NCBI GenBank assembly: GCA_035457865.1
Contig: DATIAR010000082.1
Span: 81 to 64,080 of the forward strand
Reading direction: 5' to 3'
Source of the DNA: Nitrosopumilaceae archaeon
GTDB taxonomy: Archaea > Thermoproteota > Nitrososphaeria > Nitrososphaerales > Nitrosopumilaceae
Length of the DNA: 64,000 nucleotides
The notes beneath the pieces were generated by a model. That model saw nothing but the letters and a program-made list of their open reading frames with translations, had not been told where the DNA came from and did not search any database. This document shows, piece by piece, positions 45,762-54,900 of the stretch. Within the stretch, counting starts at the first letter, position 1. Each line of letters starts with the position of its first letter. The position numbers and the translations under genes were made by a program.

Positions 45762-47315
45762 TTGAAAAAGTATTTAGCTATTGTCTTTTTCACCATTTTG
45801 TTAGCAGCCCCTATTGGAATTAAGGGTGCATTTGCAGCTGATACATGGTACGCTGGTGAGGGACTAAAAGAGGGAGACTACTTTAGATACAATCTTTGTC
45901 AAGCTGATTTTAAATCATGTACACCGTTTGAGATGGATTTTTGGGTTAAAGGAAAAACAGAGCATGGTGATTGGAATTTTCAAGTGCTTGTAATCGATGG
46001 CAACAAAATAGTCAAAGGAGAAATGGAAGTTGGCAGAGTAGCGCCAGAACCTCTTGTTGTAAGTAAAGGATTAGAAAGCTATGCTTCGGCGTATAAATCA
46101 TCAATTGCTTGGCTTTCAGGTTATGCAACAAGGATTGAACCAAAAGACTTTGCAGCTCCAGCTTGGGGTAAGATTGGTTCTATCGGTGGCATGGAAGTAG
46201 GTCCACGCGGTGTCCAAGAAACACTAATTGTTCAAGCAGGTTCCTTTGATACGCACCTTATTGGTTGGCATAAATCTACTGACAACAAGATTTGGGTAAA
46301 AGATAATTTCCCATTTCCAATTAAGGCCCTTACTTTTGTTGATGTAAGTAGCGGAACTATTCCAACTCTGTTTCAATTTGAACTATTAGAGTATGGAAAT
46401 ACTGCAACTCCGCCTGACTTTTTTGATGTGTCCGCTACTATAGTCACCACAGATGAACAATGTCCAAAAGACAATTCGGTCAAACAGGGACATGACAATC
46501 TTGATTCGCATGGTATGATTGTATCATATGGTTATTCGCCTGAAATACCAAGAAGTGGATGTGAGATAACATTGACATTTGAATTTCAAAAAACATTCGA
46601 TGTTAATCAGTTTGAGTCAGATGTTCATTATGACATCTTTGTTGTAGATGATGATGGTAACTTTCTAAGATCACTTGCACAAGAACAAGGTAAAGATCAC
46701 CTCTTTGCCCCAGTTGGAAAAGAATTCAGAAAAATGACAGTAAAGGAACCACCGGGAATAGCTCACTATATTATTCATGTTTATGGTACTGGTCCTGATG
46801 GAATAGCACCTGATTCCACCAAGAGTGGTAGCCTAAAAATTGATATCAATGTTGCAAAAGGTTCTGAACCCGTTACTCCAGTAGATACACCACCTGTGAC
46901 AAAACCAAATCCGCCTATGAAAATTACAATTGATATGCCAGAAGGTGCAGCAAATATTGATAATGAAATTTTCTATGAACCTGCAGATACATATGTGACT
47001 CCAGGCTCTACAATCACTTGGACTAACAGTGACACGGCTGCGCACACGGTAACTAGCGGAACTCCAAGCAAAGGACCTGATGGTAAATTCGATAGTGGTC
47101 TGTTTGGTCCAGGAAAGAAGTTTGAAACCATGCTTAATGAAAAGGGCACTTACCCATACTTCTGTCAAGTTCATCCTTGGATGGCTGGTTCAATAACGGT
47201 CGATCCTACTGCAATTCCCGAATTTCCAATAAGCATCATGATAATATTGGTTTTAGTTGTTGCGGCAAGTATCATAATTTCTAAATTCAAAAACATAACA
47301 TATTCTAAATTCTAA
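45762..47315 (+). CDS. membrane-anchored multidomain blue-copper (cupredoxin) protein
   Basis: TTG start, signal peptide MKKYLAIVFFTILLAAPIGIKGAFA, and a Pro/Thr linker. The C-terminal cupredoxin carries His (AAHTVTSG) and the amicyanin-like loop YFCQVHPWM (C-x2-H-x2-M). A terminal TM anchor follows. Confidence 0.8.
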   Translation: MKKYLAIVFFTILLAAPIGIKGAFAADTWYAGEGLKEGDYFRYNLCQADFKSCTPFEMDFWVKGKTEHGDWNFQVLVIDGNKIVKGEMEVGRVAPEPLVVSKGLESYASAYKSSIAWLSGYATRIEPKDFAAPAWGKIGSIGGMEVGPRGVQETLIVQAGSFDTHLIGWHKSTDNKIWVKDNFPFPIKALTFVDVSSGTIPTLFQFELLEYGNTATPPDFFDVSATIVTTDEQCPKDNSVKQGHDNLDSHGMIVSYGYSPEIPRSGCEITLTFEFQKTFDVNQFESDVHYDIFVVDDDGNFLRSLAQEQGKDHLFAPVGKEFRKMTVKEPPGIAHYIIHVYGTGPDGIAPDSTKSGSLKIDINVAKGSEPVTPVDTPPVTKPNPPMKITIDMPEGAANIDNEIFYEPADTYVTPGSTITWTNSDTAAHTVTSGTPSKGPDGKFDSGLFGPGKKFETMLNEKGTYPYFCQVHPWMAGSITVDPTAIPEFPISIMIILVLVVAASIIISKFKNITYSKF

Positions 47316-47323
47316 AAAATAGT

Positions 47324-48019
47324 TTGACGCAAATGAATAGTAAAGCAAAGATTGGCGTAATCATTCTAATTTCTGCAGCAGTTATAGGTCTGTTATATCC
47401 AATATTGATAGGATTACCTGGGCAAGATGAAAATATAATTCCAAGAGATGCAAGTAAATGGCACATAGGTAAAGGTGCAGAATACAATCCTATAATGCAT
47501 TATGATGTAACATCTGCAGATGGGGTGATGTTTTCTGTAAAGATTGAATTTTTTAATGATATAACAAAAAAACAAATGATCCTTGCTCAAATTGATGATA
47601 ATGCTACAGGAAAAAAAATTGATCATAAAACATCTCTGAGTAGTGCTTACACCTTTGAAGAAGTATCAGGAGATGCTACACCATATTTTCAAGTCCTTGA
47701 TGAAACCATCTTTGCTATTAGGGACGTTGCACTTGAAGACAAGTATCTTGTCAAAAAAGCGGTTTGGGACACTATCTTCATTGGAGCGTTAACACAGAAT
47801 CTAGTTGTGACAGAACATGGGAAGACCTCATTCGCATTTGGCTCTGTTGATGCCTTTACGGTATCTTACAACATAGGAAACAAAGTAAACAAATTCTGGA
47901 TTGTTGATAATCTTCCTCTCCCAGTAAAGGCAGAGGTCTATGATATTGATGGCAATTTACAATATTCTTACGAGCTAATCTCGCTTCTTGCTCCACTCAC
48001 ACCTGGATTTAGCTTATAA
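47324..48019 (+). CDS. membrane-anchored paralogue of the N-terminal domain of the adjacent blue-copper protein
   Basis: An N-terminal TM is present. KFWIVDNLPLPVKAEVYDIDGNLQYSYELISL aligns with KIWVKDNFPFPIKALTFVDV...LFQFELLEY of the neighbour, and the W[HY]xGxG lead-in is also shared. Confidence 0.6.
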   Translation: MTQMNSKAKIGVIILISAAVIGLLYPILIGLPGQDENIIPRDASKWHIGKGAEYNPIMHYDVTSADGVMFSVKIEFFNDITKKQMILAQIDDNATGKKIDHKTSLSSAYTFEEVSGDATPYFQVLDETIFAIRDVALEDKYLVKKAVWDTIFIGALTQNLVVTEHGKTSFAFGSVDAFTVSYNIGNKVNKFWIVDNLPLPVKAEVYDIDGNLQYSYELISLLAPLTPGFSL

Positions 48020-48474
48020 CAGTTAATCAAAAGCCAATCACAAAATTCTGTTACTTTTCTATCAAATTTACACCATACATGCAAAGAATGGGGGAGTATG
48101 TCAATTCTACCTGATTCTAAAAAAACCTTGACGCCTTCTTTTCCTTCATACATGTATGCATCTTCAACTTTTATATCTCCAAAAATCTCTTTTGCCTTTA
48201 ATTTTATCATTTCTCTTTTAATTGGAAACACCTTTCGTGTCATATCGATTACCATGCTAATGTCTTGTGTTCCATAGGCTTCGTAATCTTCTATCTTTCC
48301 ACTTTGTGGGAAGTTTAGAAGTAATGACATTTTGTATTTTTTTCCTACCTTTGTAGCAATCTCATTCATTGTTGTAAAAGCAATGCCGGGTGATTTTGTC
48401 AGTAAAAATCTAATTTGCGCTATGTTTGATTTCAGTTCTTTTTGTAACTCTTCTATGATCGCGCTAAAAGTCAT
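47968..48474 (-). CDS. hypothetical protein
   Basis: 168 aa ORF whose 3' end overlaps the convergent 47324-48019 gene by 52 nt. No motif recognised. Confidence 0.5.
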   Translation of the reverse strand: MTFSAIIEELQKELKSNIAQIRFLLTKSPGIAFTTMNEIATKVGKKYKMSLLLNFPQSGKIEDYEAYGTQDISMVIDMTRKVFPIKREMIKLKAKEIFGDIKVEDAYMYEGKEGVKVFLESGRIDILPHSLHVWCKFDRKVTEFCDWLLINCYKLNPGVSGARSEISS

Positions 48475-48545
48475 ATCTTAAATTTGAAATTTTACAATAT
48501 ATCTATTAGGTTATCTTTTTTACACACCAATTAACATTTAGCTTT

Positions 48546-49190
48546 GTGCTTCCTCTTGACAAAGATGGTGTTCCATATGATGAAGGATCCGAGAGAACCG
48601 ATAATGTTGAGGATTATAAAGTTACATGCATGCAGTTCATAAAAGACATTAGCAACGACTATCTTGCTTGGGTAGATTATTACAAACTTTTAGTAGAAGA
48701 AGATAAAAGACGACGCGATAGGATTTTTGCTACTGTAGAAAGAACAAATGAGTGGATTGCCAGAGTTGCTACTACAATAAAAGGTGTTGACGTAGTAATG
48801 AATGATGGTATCCAAAAGATGGCAGAAAGCACCGCTGGATATCCATTTCAGATTGGCGTCTTTGTAAACAATACCGCCGGTTATACTATGTCAAGACCTG
48901 AAATGATTGACATAAATGTAAAATCGATGGGGCGTGAAGGACACAAAGTTAAACTTGGTTGGCACCAAAAAGACAAGCGTTTTTTAATTAACACCACAGG
49001 GAAAGATGTTACAATTGATGAATCAAAAATATCGGACGCAGAGTTTGATTTTCTCGATATCATCCTTAAGATGAATGCCCTAGGGTGCCAACAACGTGAC
49101 TTGATATCATTTACCCTGATAATTTCAGAAACAATCGATGGTCAAGAAGTTGAAAGGCGTGGTATGACAACAATTATTCATATAATTTGA
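48546..49190 (+). CDS. hypothetical protein
   Basis: 214 aa ORF with a GTG start (start uncertain), divergent from 47968-48474. No motif recognised. Confidence 0.5.
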   Translation: MLPLDKDGVPYDEGSERTDNVEDYKVTCMQFIKDISNDYLAWVDYYKLLVEEDKRRRDRIFATVERTNEWIARVATTIKGVDVVMNDGIQKMAESTAGYPFQIGVFVNNTAGYTMSRPEMIDINVKSMGREGHKVKLGWHQKDKRFLINTTGKDVTIDESKISDAEFDFLDIILKMNALGCQQRDLISFTLIISETIDGQEVERRGMTTIIHII

Positions 49191-49494
49191 CTTGTAGAAC
49201 AACCCTTGATTCCTCTGATCTTTTATCAGAATATTTTAGACGTGATATTTTTTTTGCGAGATCTTCATCAATAACAAATGATGCTTTTCCTAAATGACTT
49301 TCATTATTATATTCCAGCATCACATCTGGGATTGCAATTGCATTTCTTAACCAATCACTATTGGGATTTCGACGTGAAAAATATATCATCTTATTATAAT
49401 ATACCGCCCTCAACTCAACCGCATGTGGTTTGCCACTAATTCTACCTCTTGTAATTAATTTAGCATTGAAAACTTGACCATCTTGCAGGTTCAC
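49174..49494 (-). CDS. DUF385-like (deazaflavin/F420H2-dependent nitroreductase-fold) small protein
   Basis: LITRGRISGKPHAVELRAVYYNKMIYFSRRNPNSDWLRNAIAIPDV resembles the TTGRKSGKPR...ADWYRNL pattern of DUF385/split-barrel proteins. The assignment was made by eye only. Confidence 0.45.
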   Translation of the reverse strand: MNLQDGQVFNAKLITRGRISGKPHAVELRAVYYNKMIYFSRRNPNSDWLRNAIAIPDVMLEYNNESHLGKASFVIDEDLAKKISRLKYSDKRSEESRVVLQVKLYE

Positions 49495-49581
49495 AGTTCT
49501 TGTCTTGTTCTAAATAATTTAACCCCTTGGATTGAAAACTCTGATACATTATACAATAAACCAAAAGCTAAATTCTGGTTC

Positions 49582-50025
49582 ATGGCAACAAGATTGAAAG
49601 AAGTCAGAAATTTGATAACAGCTGACGAGTTCTCAGGAAAAACAGTCATAGACAGGGAAGGAATACAATATGGCAAGATAAAACACATACACATAAACCA
49701 GAACACACTTGAAGTGACTGGGATAACTGTCAGTGCAGGATTTCATAAAGACTATGATCTGTCAAGAGATTATATCGACAGGTTCACAGAGGAGTCAGTC
49801 TTGCTTTCGACACCACCAATAAGATGCGATATCCCTGTTGTAGATATTGATGGCAAAAAGATAGGCAAGATAAAGAAGTTGCACCATGAACCTGACACAA
49901 ATGAGCTAGTATCAATTGAAGTCACCGAAGGACTCTTTGGCAAACGAATGTTCCCTAAAAGCGAGATTTGGGGAATAGGCGAAAAAGTAATTTTACGACT
50001 CACAAAAGACGAGTACAAAGAGTAA
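49582..50025 (+). CDS. tandem PRC-barrel domain protein
   Basis: The ATG at 49582 (MATRLKEV...) has TATACAATAAA about 24 nt upstream. Two PRC-like units are present (GKTVIDREGIQYGKIKHIHIN..., VVDIDGKKIGKIKKLHHE...). Confidence 0.6.
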   Translation: MATRLKEVRNLITADEFSGKTVIDREGIQYGKIKHIHINQNTLEVTGITVSAGFHKDYDLSRDYIDRFTEESVLLSTPPIRCDIPVVDIDGKKIGKIKKLHHEPDTNELVSIEVTEGLFGKRMFPKSEIWGIGEKVILRLTKDEYKE

Positions 50026-50082
50026 ACTCTTCTATTTTTTATTCTGTTAACAATTTATAATACAAAAAATCCCCTTTTCTTA

Positions 50083-51084
50083 TTGTATTCTATAGAAACA
50101 AAGTCTCTTTCGAAAATTTATGAAAATGGATTAAAAGCAGTAGATGATGTTTCCATTAAAGTAGATGATGGAGAGATCTTTGGTTTTTTGGGTCCAAACG
50201 GAGCTGGGAAAAGTACCACTATTATGATTTTAACAACATTGCTAAAGCCAACATTGGGAACAGCACATGTTGCCGGTTATGATGTTGTATTACAAGCAAA
50301 AAAAGTCAGAGAAATGATAGGATATGTACAACAAGATTCTACAGTTGATGAATATCTTACTGGAAGGGAAAACCTTGAATTGCAAGCTAGACTAAACCAT
50401 CTTCAAAAAGATCTTATAAAAAGTAGAATAGATGAGATCCTCAATCTAGTCGAACTTTCAGATAGACAGCATGATTCTGTAAATGTCTATTCGGGGGGAA
50501 TGAGAAAAAGACTTGACATTGCTGGGGGGTTGTTGCACAGGCCAAAAGTACTGTTTTTGGATGAACCAACGCTAGGACTTGATATCCAAACAAGATACAA
50601 AATTTGGGAATATATCAGAAAAATCCATAAAGAATACGACATGTCAATATTCCTTACAACGCATTATATGGAGGAAGCTGACAGACTTTGCGATAATATC
50701 TCAATAATAGATCGTGGAAAGATCAAAGTTACTAATTCACCGATCTCACTCAAAAACGCACTTGGTAACGATGTTATTGTCTTTGAGATTGATTCTGATA
50801 CAAAATTAGAAAGCTTCATTTCTGAAATTCAAAAAATCCAACTTGTAAAAGACGTGAAGACAAATGGAGAGGATGTAACTGTATTTTCAACCAATGGAAA
50901 CCAAGTAATGCCAAAAATATTCGAACTCTCAGCTAAGGTTGGAATAAAAATAGAATCAATCTCACTTACAAAACCAACCCTTGACGATGTCTTCCTTTCA
51001 TATACTGGAAAAGAACTTCGTGACGAAAACGGAGGCTATAACAATAAAAAAGAACGTGAAAAGATGAGGAGACTAAGAGCATGA
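50083..51084 (+). CDS. ABC transporter ATP-binding protein (ABC-2/DrrA-like)
   Basis: Walker A GPNGAGKST, signature YSGGMRKRL and Walker B VLFLDEPTLGLD are present. TTG start. Confidence 0.9.
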   Translation: MYSIETKSLSKIYENGLKAVDDVSIKVDDGEIFGFLGPNGAGKSTTIMILTTLLKPTLGTAHVAGYDVVLQAKKVREMIGYVQQDSTVDEYLTGRENLELQARLNHLQKDLIKSRIDEILNLVELSDRQHDSVNVYSGGMRKRLDIAGGLLHRPKVLFLDEPTLGLDIQTRYKIWEYIRKIHKEYDMSIFLTTHYMEEADRLCDNISIIDRGKIKVTNSPISLKNALGNDVIVFEIDSDTKLESFISEIQKIQLVKDVKTNGEDVTVFSTNGNQVMPKIFELSAKVGIKIESISLTKPTLDDVFLSYTGKELRDENGGYNNKKEREKMRRLRA

Positions 51085-51857
51085 TCATCTCAGACACGTA
51101 TACGATTTTCTGGCGTGAAATGAAACGATACAGAAAATCACGTAGCGGAGTTTTAATAAGATTGATCCAACCAGCAATTTGGATCATAGTTATTGGAAAT
51201 ACTTTTGCAGGAACACAACCGTTGATAAAATCTGTTGGCTATGATCTATCATACATCGAATTCATGACACCAGGTGTCATAATTCTTACTGCTATTTTTA
51301 CAAGCATATTTGGTGGAGTAAACACACTTTGGGATAGAAGATATGGTTTTATGAACAAGGCATTGACATCACCGATTTCTAGATCATCGATTGCACTTGG
51401 TAAGATGTTAGCCATTTCTTTGGTTTCCGCATTACAAGCAAGTTTGATTTTAGGAATTGCGCTTGCAATAGGTGTAAATTTTGTGAATCCTTTGATGATT
51501 GTCCCCATAATGTTGATTGTGATCTTGTTTTCACTTGGATTTTCTGGGATTTCTGTTGTAGTAGCAGCTACTGCTAAATCACAGGAGACATTTTGGGGAA
51601 TAGTCAATTTTCTTGGTATGCCCCTTTTTATGTTAAGTCCAGCACTCTTTCCACTTGAACTTGTTCCAGATTGGTTAGCAGTTGTTGCAAAGCTAAATCC
51701 AGTTACCTATTCTGTATTATTGATTAGAGGGATGATGACTGGAACCACCCAACCAGTTTCTGTGGTTCTAGATCTTGCAGTAATTTCTGGGTTTGTTATT
51801 ATAATGGTGGCTCTAGCAAGCTATGTTTTTACAAGAGAAGTCAACAAACCCTTCTAA
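51081..51857 (+). CDS. ABC-2 type transporter permease
   Basis: 258 aa with six predicted TM helices. The start overlaps the ATPase stop. The layout is typical of ABC-2 permeases. Confidence 0.85.
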   Translation: MIISDTYTIFWREMKRYRKSRSGVLIRLIQPAIWIIVIGNTFAGTQPLIKSVGYDLSYIEFMTPGVIILTAIFTSIFGGVNTLWDRRYGFMNKALTSPISRSSIALGKMLAISLVSALQASLILGIALAIGVNFVNPLMIVPIMLIVILFSLGFSGISVVVAATAKSQETFWGIVNFLGMPLFMLSPALFPLELVPDWLAVVAKLNPVTYSVLLIRGMMTGTTQPVSVVLDLAVISGFVIIMVALASYVFTREVNKPF

Positions 51858-51933
51858 ACCCACCAAAAATTGACAAAAACCCAAACAATTCCTAACTCTT
51901 GAGATCTTTTTGGTATTTTTGAATCAATGACAG

Positions 51934-54900
51934 TTGAAGAGGCTTCCCCTAGTAGTATTTGGGATTATAGCTAGTCTAGTGTATAGTACAATTATTCCAT
52001 ATATTGGCGCTGAAACGGCACCTTCTTACATAAGACAATGGGGTTCTGAAGGACTTCAGACCACTGGACTTTTCTCCTTTCCTCAAGACTTGGCATTAGA
52101 TTCTGCAGGAAATGTCTATGTTACAGATTACGGAAACAGAAGAATCCAAAAGTTTGATAGTGATGGAAACTTTTTACATACTTGGGGAGTAAAGGGTTCT
52201 GGAAATGGGCAATTCCAAGTTCCTGCAGGAATTGCAATTGGAAAAGACTTTGTTTATGTTGTTGACAACGAATTAAACCGTGTTCAAAAGTTTGATACAT
52301 CTGGGAAATACATTACCCAGTGGGGAAGCAAAGGAACTGAATCTGGTCAATTTTTGTTACCACAAAACATTGCCGTTGATCCTAATGGTGATGTATATGT
52401 AGCAGACACTGGAAATAGCAGAATCCAGAAATTTTCACCAGATGGAAAATTTTTATTGTCTTTGGGGAGTAGCGGACTTGGTAACGGACAATTTCTTAAT
52501 CCACGTGGTGTATCTGCAGATTCACAAGGAAGTGTATATGTATCAGATTCTGGTAATAACAGAATTCAAAAATTCACATTAGATGGAGTTTTTCTTAAAA
52601 GTTTTGATGTATCTTCTGGTAACAGTTTAAGGTATCCACAAGGATTGGATGTTGATTCTTCTGGTAATATCTATGTAGCAGATACTGGTAACAACCGAAT
52701 TGTTAAAATTGACAAAGATGGAAATTCTCTTGCTTCATGGGGAAGTCTGGGAATAACAAATGGTAATTTTAATAATCCAAAAGACGCAGTTGTTGATTCA
52801 ACGGGAAATGTCTTTGTTGTAGATAGTAGTAATCATAGAATTCAGAAATTTGGTAAAACATCACAATCAACAACTGAAAGTTCACCTGTACAGCTATCGC
52901 CTTTACCAAATGATAAAACAAATCCAGTAATCACAGCACCTTCTGATATCACAGTTGAGGCAAATGGAATCTTAAGCACTATTTCCATAGGACAGGCAAC
53001 TGCGACTGATGCCAGTGGAATAGCCTCCCTTGTAAATAACGGTCCGGCAAAATTTCCCCTCGGTGCTACTGTAGTAACATGGACAGCAACTGATGCAGCT
53101 GGAAATGTTGCCAAGGCAACACAGACCGTCACTGTTGTTGATACGACATCACCAGTTATTGCCGCACCACCTTCTGTGACTGTTGAGGCTTCAAATCCTG
53201 ACAGTAATTCTGTCGAACTAGGCAATCCATCTACATCTGATACCGTTGGTGTTGCTGCAGTCACAAATGATGCTCCACCCTTCTTTAAGATCGGTGATAC
53301 CATAGTTACATGGACAGCAACTGATGCAGCTGGTAATAGTGCAAGCTCAAAACAAGTTATTACGGTTCAGGACACAACTAAACCAAAGATCAGTGCACCA
53401 TCTAATATTACAATTGAAGCCACAAGTGCTTCCGATAACAATGTAGTTTTAGGAGATGCAACCGTAACTGATAACGGTGAAATTAAATCAATCATAAATG
53501 ATGGGCTTTCAGTATTTCCACTTGGCACAACAATAATTACATGGACCGCAACTGATGCGGCTGGAAATGTTGCAACGGATACACAAACAGTCAAAGTAGT
53601 TGATACAACTGCGCCGACTATAACTCCACCATCCGATGTAGTATTTGAAGCAATTTCACCAACTGAGAACGCTGTATCAATAGGTCAAGCAATAGCATCT
53701 GATATTCAATACGTTACAATAACAAACAATGCGCCATCTGTCTTTCCACTTGGAGAAACCATAGTCACATGGAATGCTACTGATACCGGTGGTTACTGGT
53801 CAGTAGCAACACAAAAAATTACTGTAGTTGATACCACATCTCCAATCCTTATTCCTCCAACAGATGTTACAATAGAAGCTTCAAGTCCAGATCATAATGT
53901 AGTTTCTATAGGAGAAGCAACTGCACAAGATGCTATTGGAATTTTGTCTGTATCGAACAATGCTCCCTCTGACTTTGTTTTTGGCAAAACTGTTGTAACA
54001 TGGATGGCAGTAGACATCTCTGGAAATTCAGTCTCTGCGAATCAAACAATAACAATAGTAGATACCACTCCTCCGCAACTTACAGTACCAAAAGACGTTG
54101 TTTCCGAAGCAACAGATCCAACATTAAATATAGTACAGATTGGAGATGCAACTGCATTTGATACTATAGGGGTAGATTCTGTTACAAACAACTCACCAGA
54201 TGCATTTCCAATTGGTCTTACCACAGTAACATGGACAGCAAAAGATACTTCAGGAAATATTGTCAATGCTACTCAAACCATTACAGTAAGAGACACCACA
54301 AGTCCAATGATTACAGCTCCATCTGATATTACAGTAGAAGCCGCAAGCTTATCTGGAAATACTATTTTCATTGGAGAAGCTAATGCAAGCGATATCACAG
54401 GAATATCGTCTATTACAAACGATGCCCCCTCTGCCTTTCCACTTGGAGAAACCACAGTCACATGGACTGCAACAGATCAGTCAGGTAATTCTGCTCACGC
54501 TACTCAAAAAATAACAGTAGTTGATACGACTGCACCGGCTATAACTGTGCCAGATGATATCGTTTTTGAGGCTTTATCTCCCACAGAAAATATTGTTTCA
54601 ATAGGTATAGCTAGCGGAACTGACATCATTGATTCAAATCCAACAATAACAAACAATGCGCCATCTGTCTTTCCACTTGGAGAAACCATAGTCACATGGA
54701 CTGCAACAGATGCAGCTGGTAATAGCGCAATAGGAATACAAAAGATTACGATAGTAGATACTACGACTCCTACAATAGTTGCTCCGGATGATGTTGAAGC
54801 AGAAGCAACTTCTGCAACAGAAAATACAATAACACTAGGTCAAGCAACAGCTGCAGACTTTGTTGGTATTGAATCAATTACAAATGATGCACCTGCTGTA

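Noticed and set aside
45571-45765. Track ORF of 64 aa on the plus strand upstream of the blue-copper gene.
   Set aside because: It has a non-ATG start and a hydrophobic, Cys/Phe-rich nonsense-like sequence. It is antisense to the 55 aa ORF 45519-45686, which has good TATA spacing, and it would run through the promoter of the copper-protein gene.
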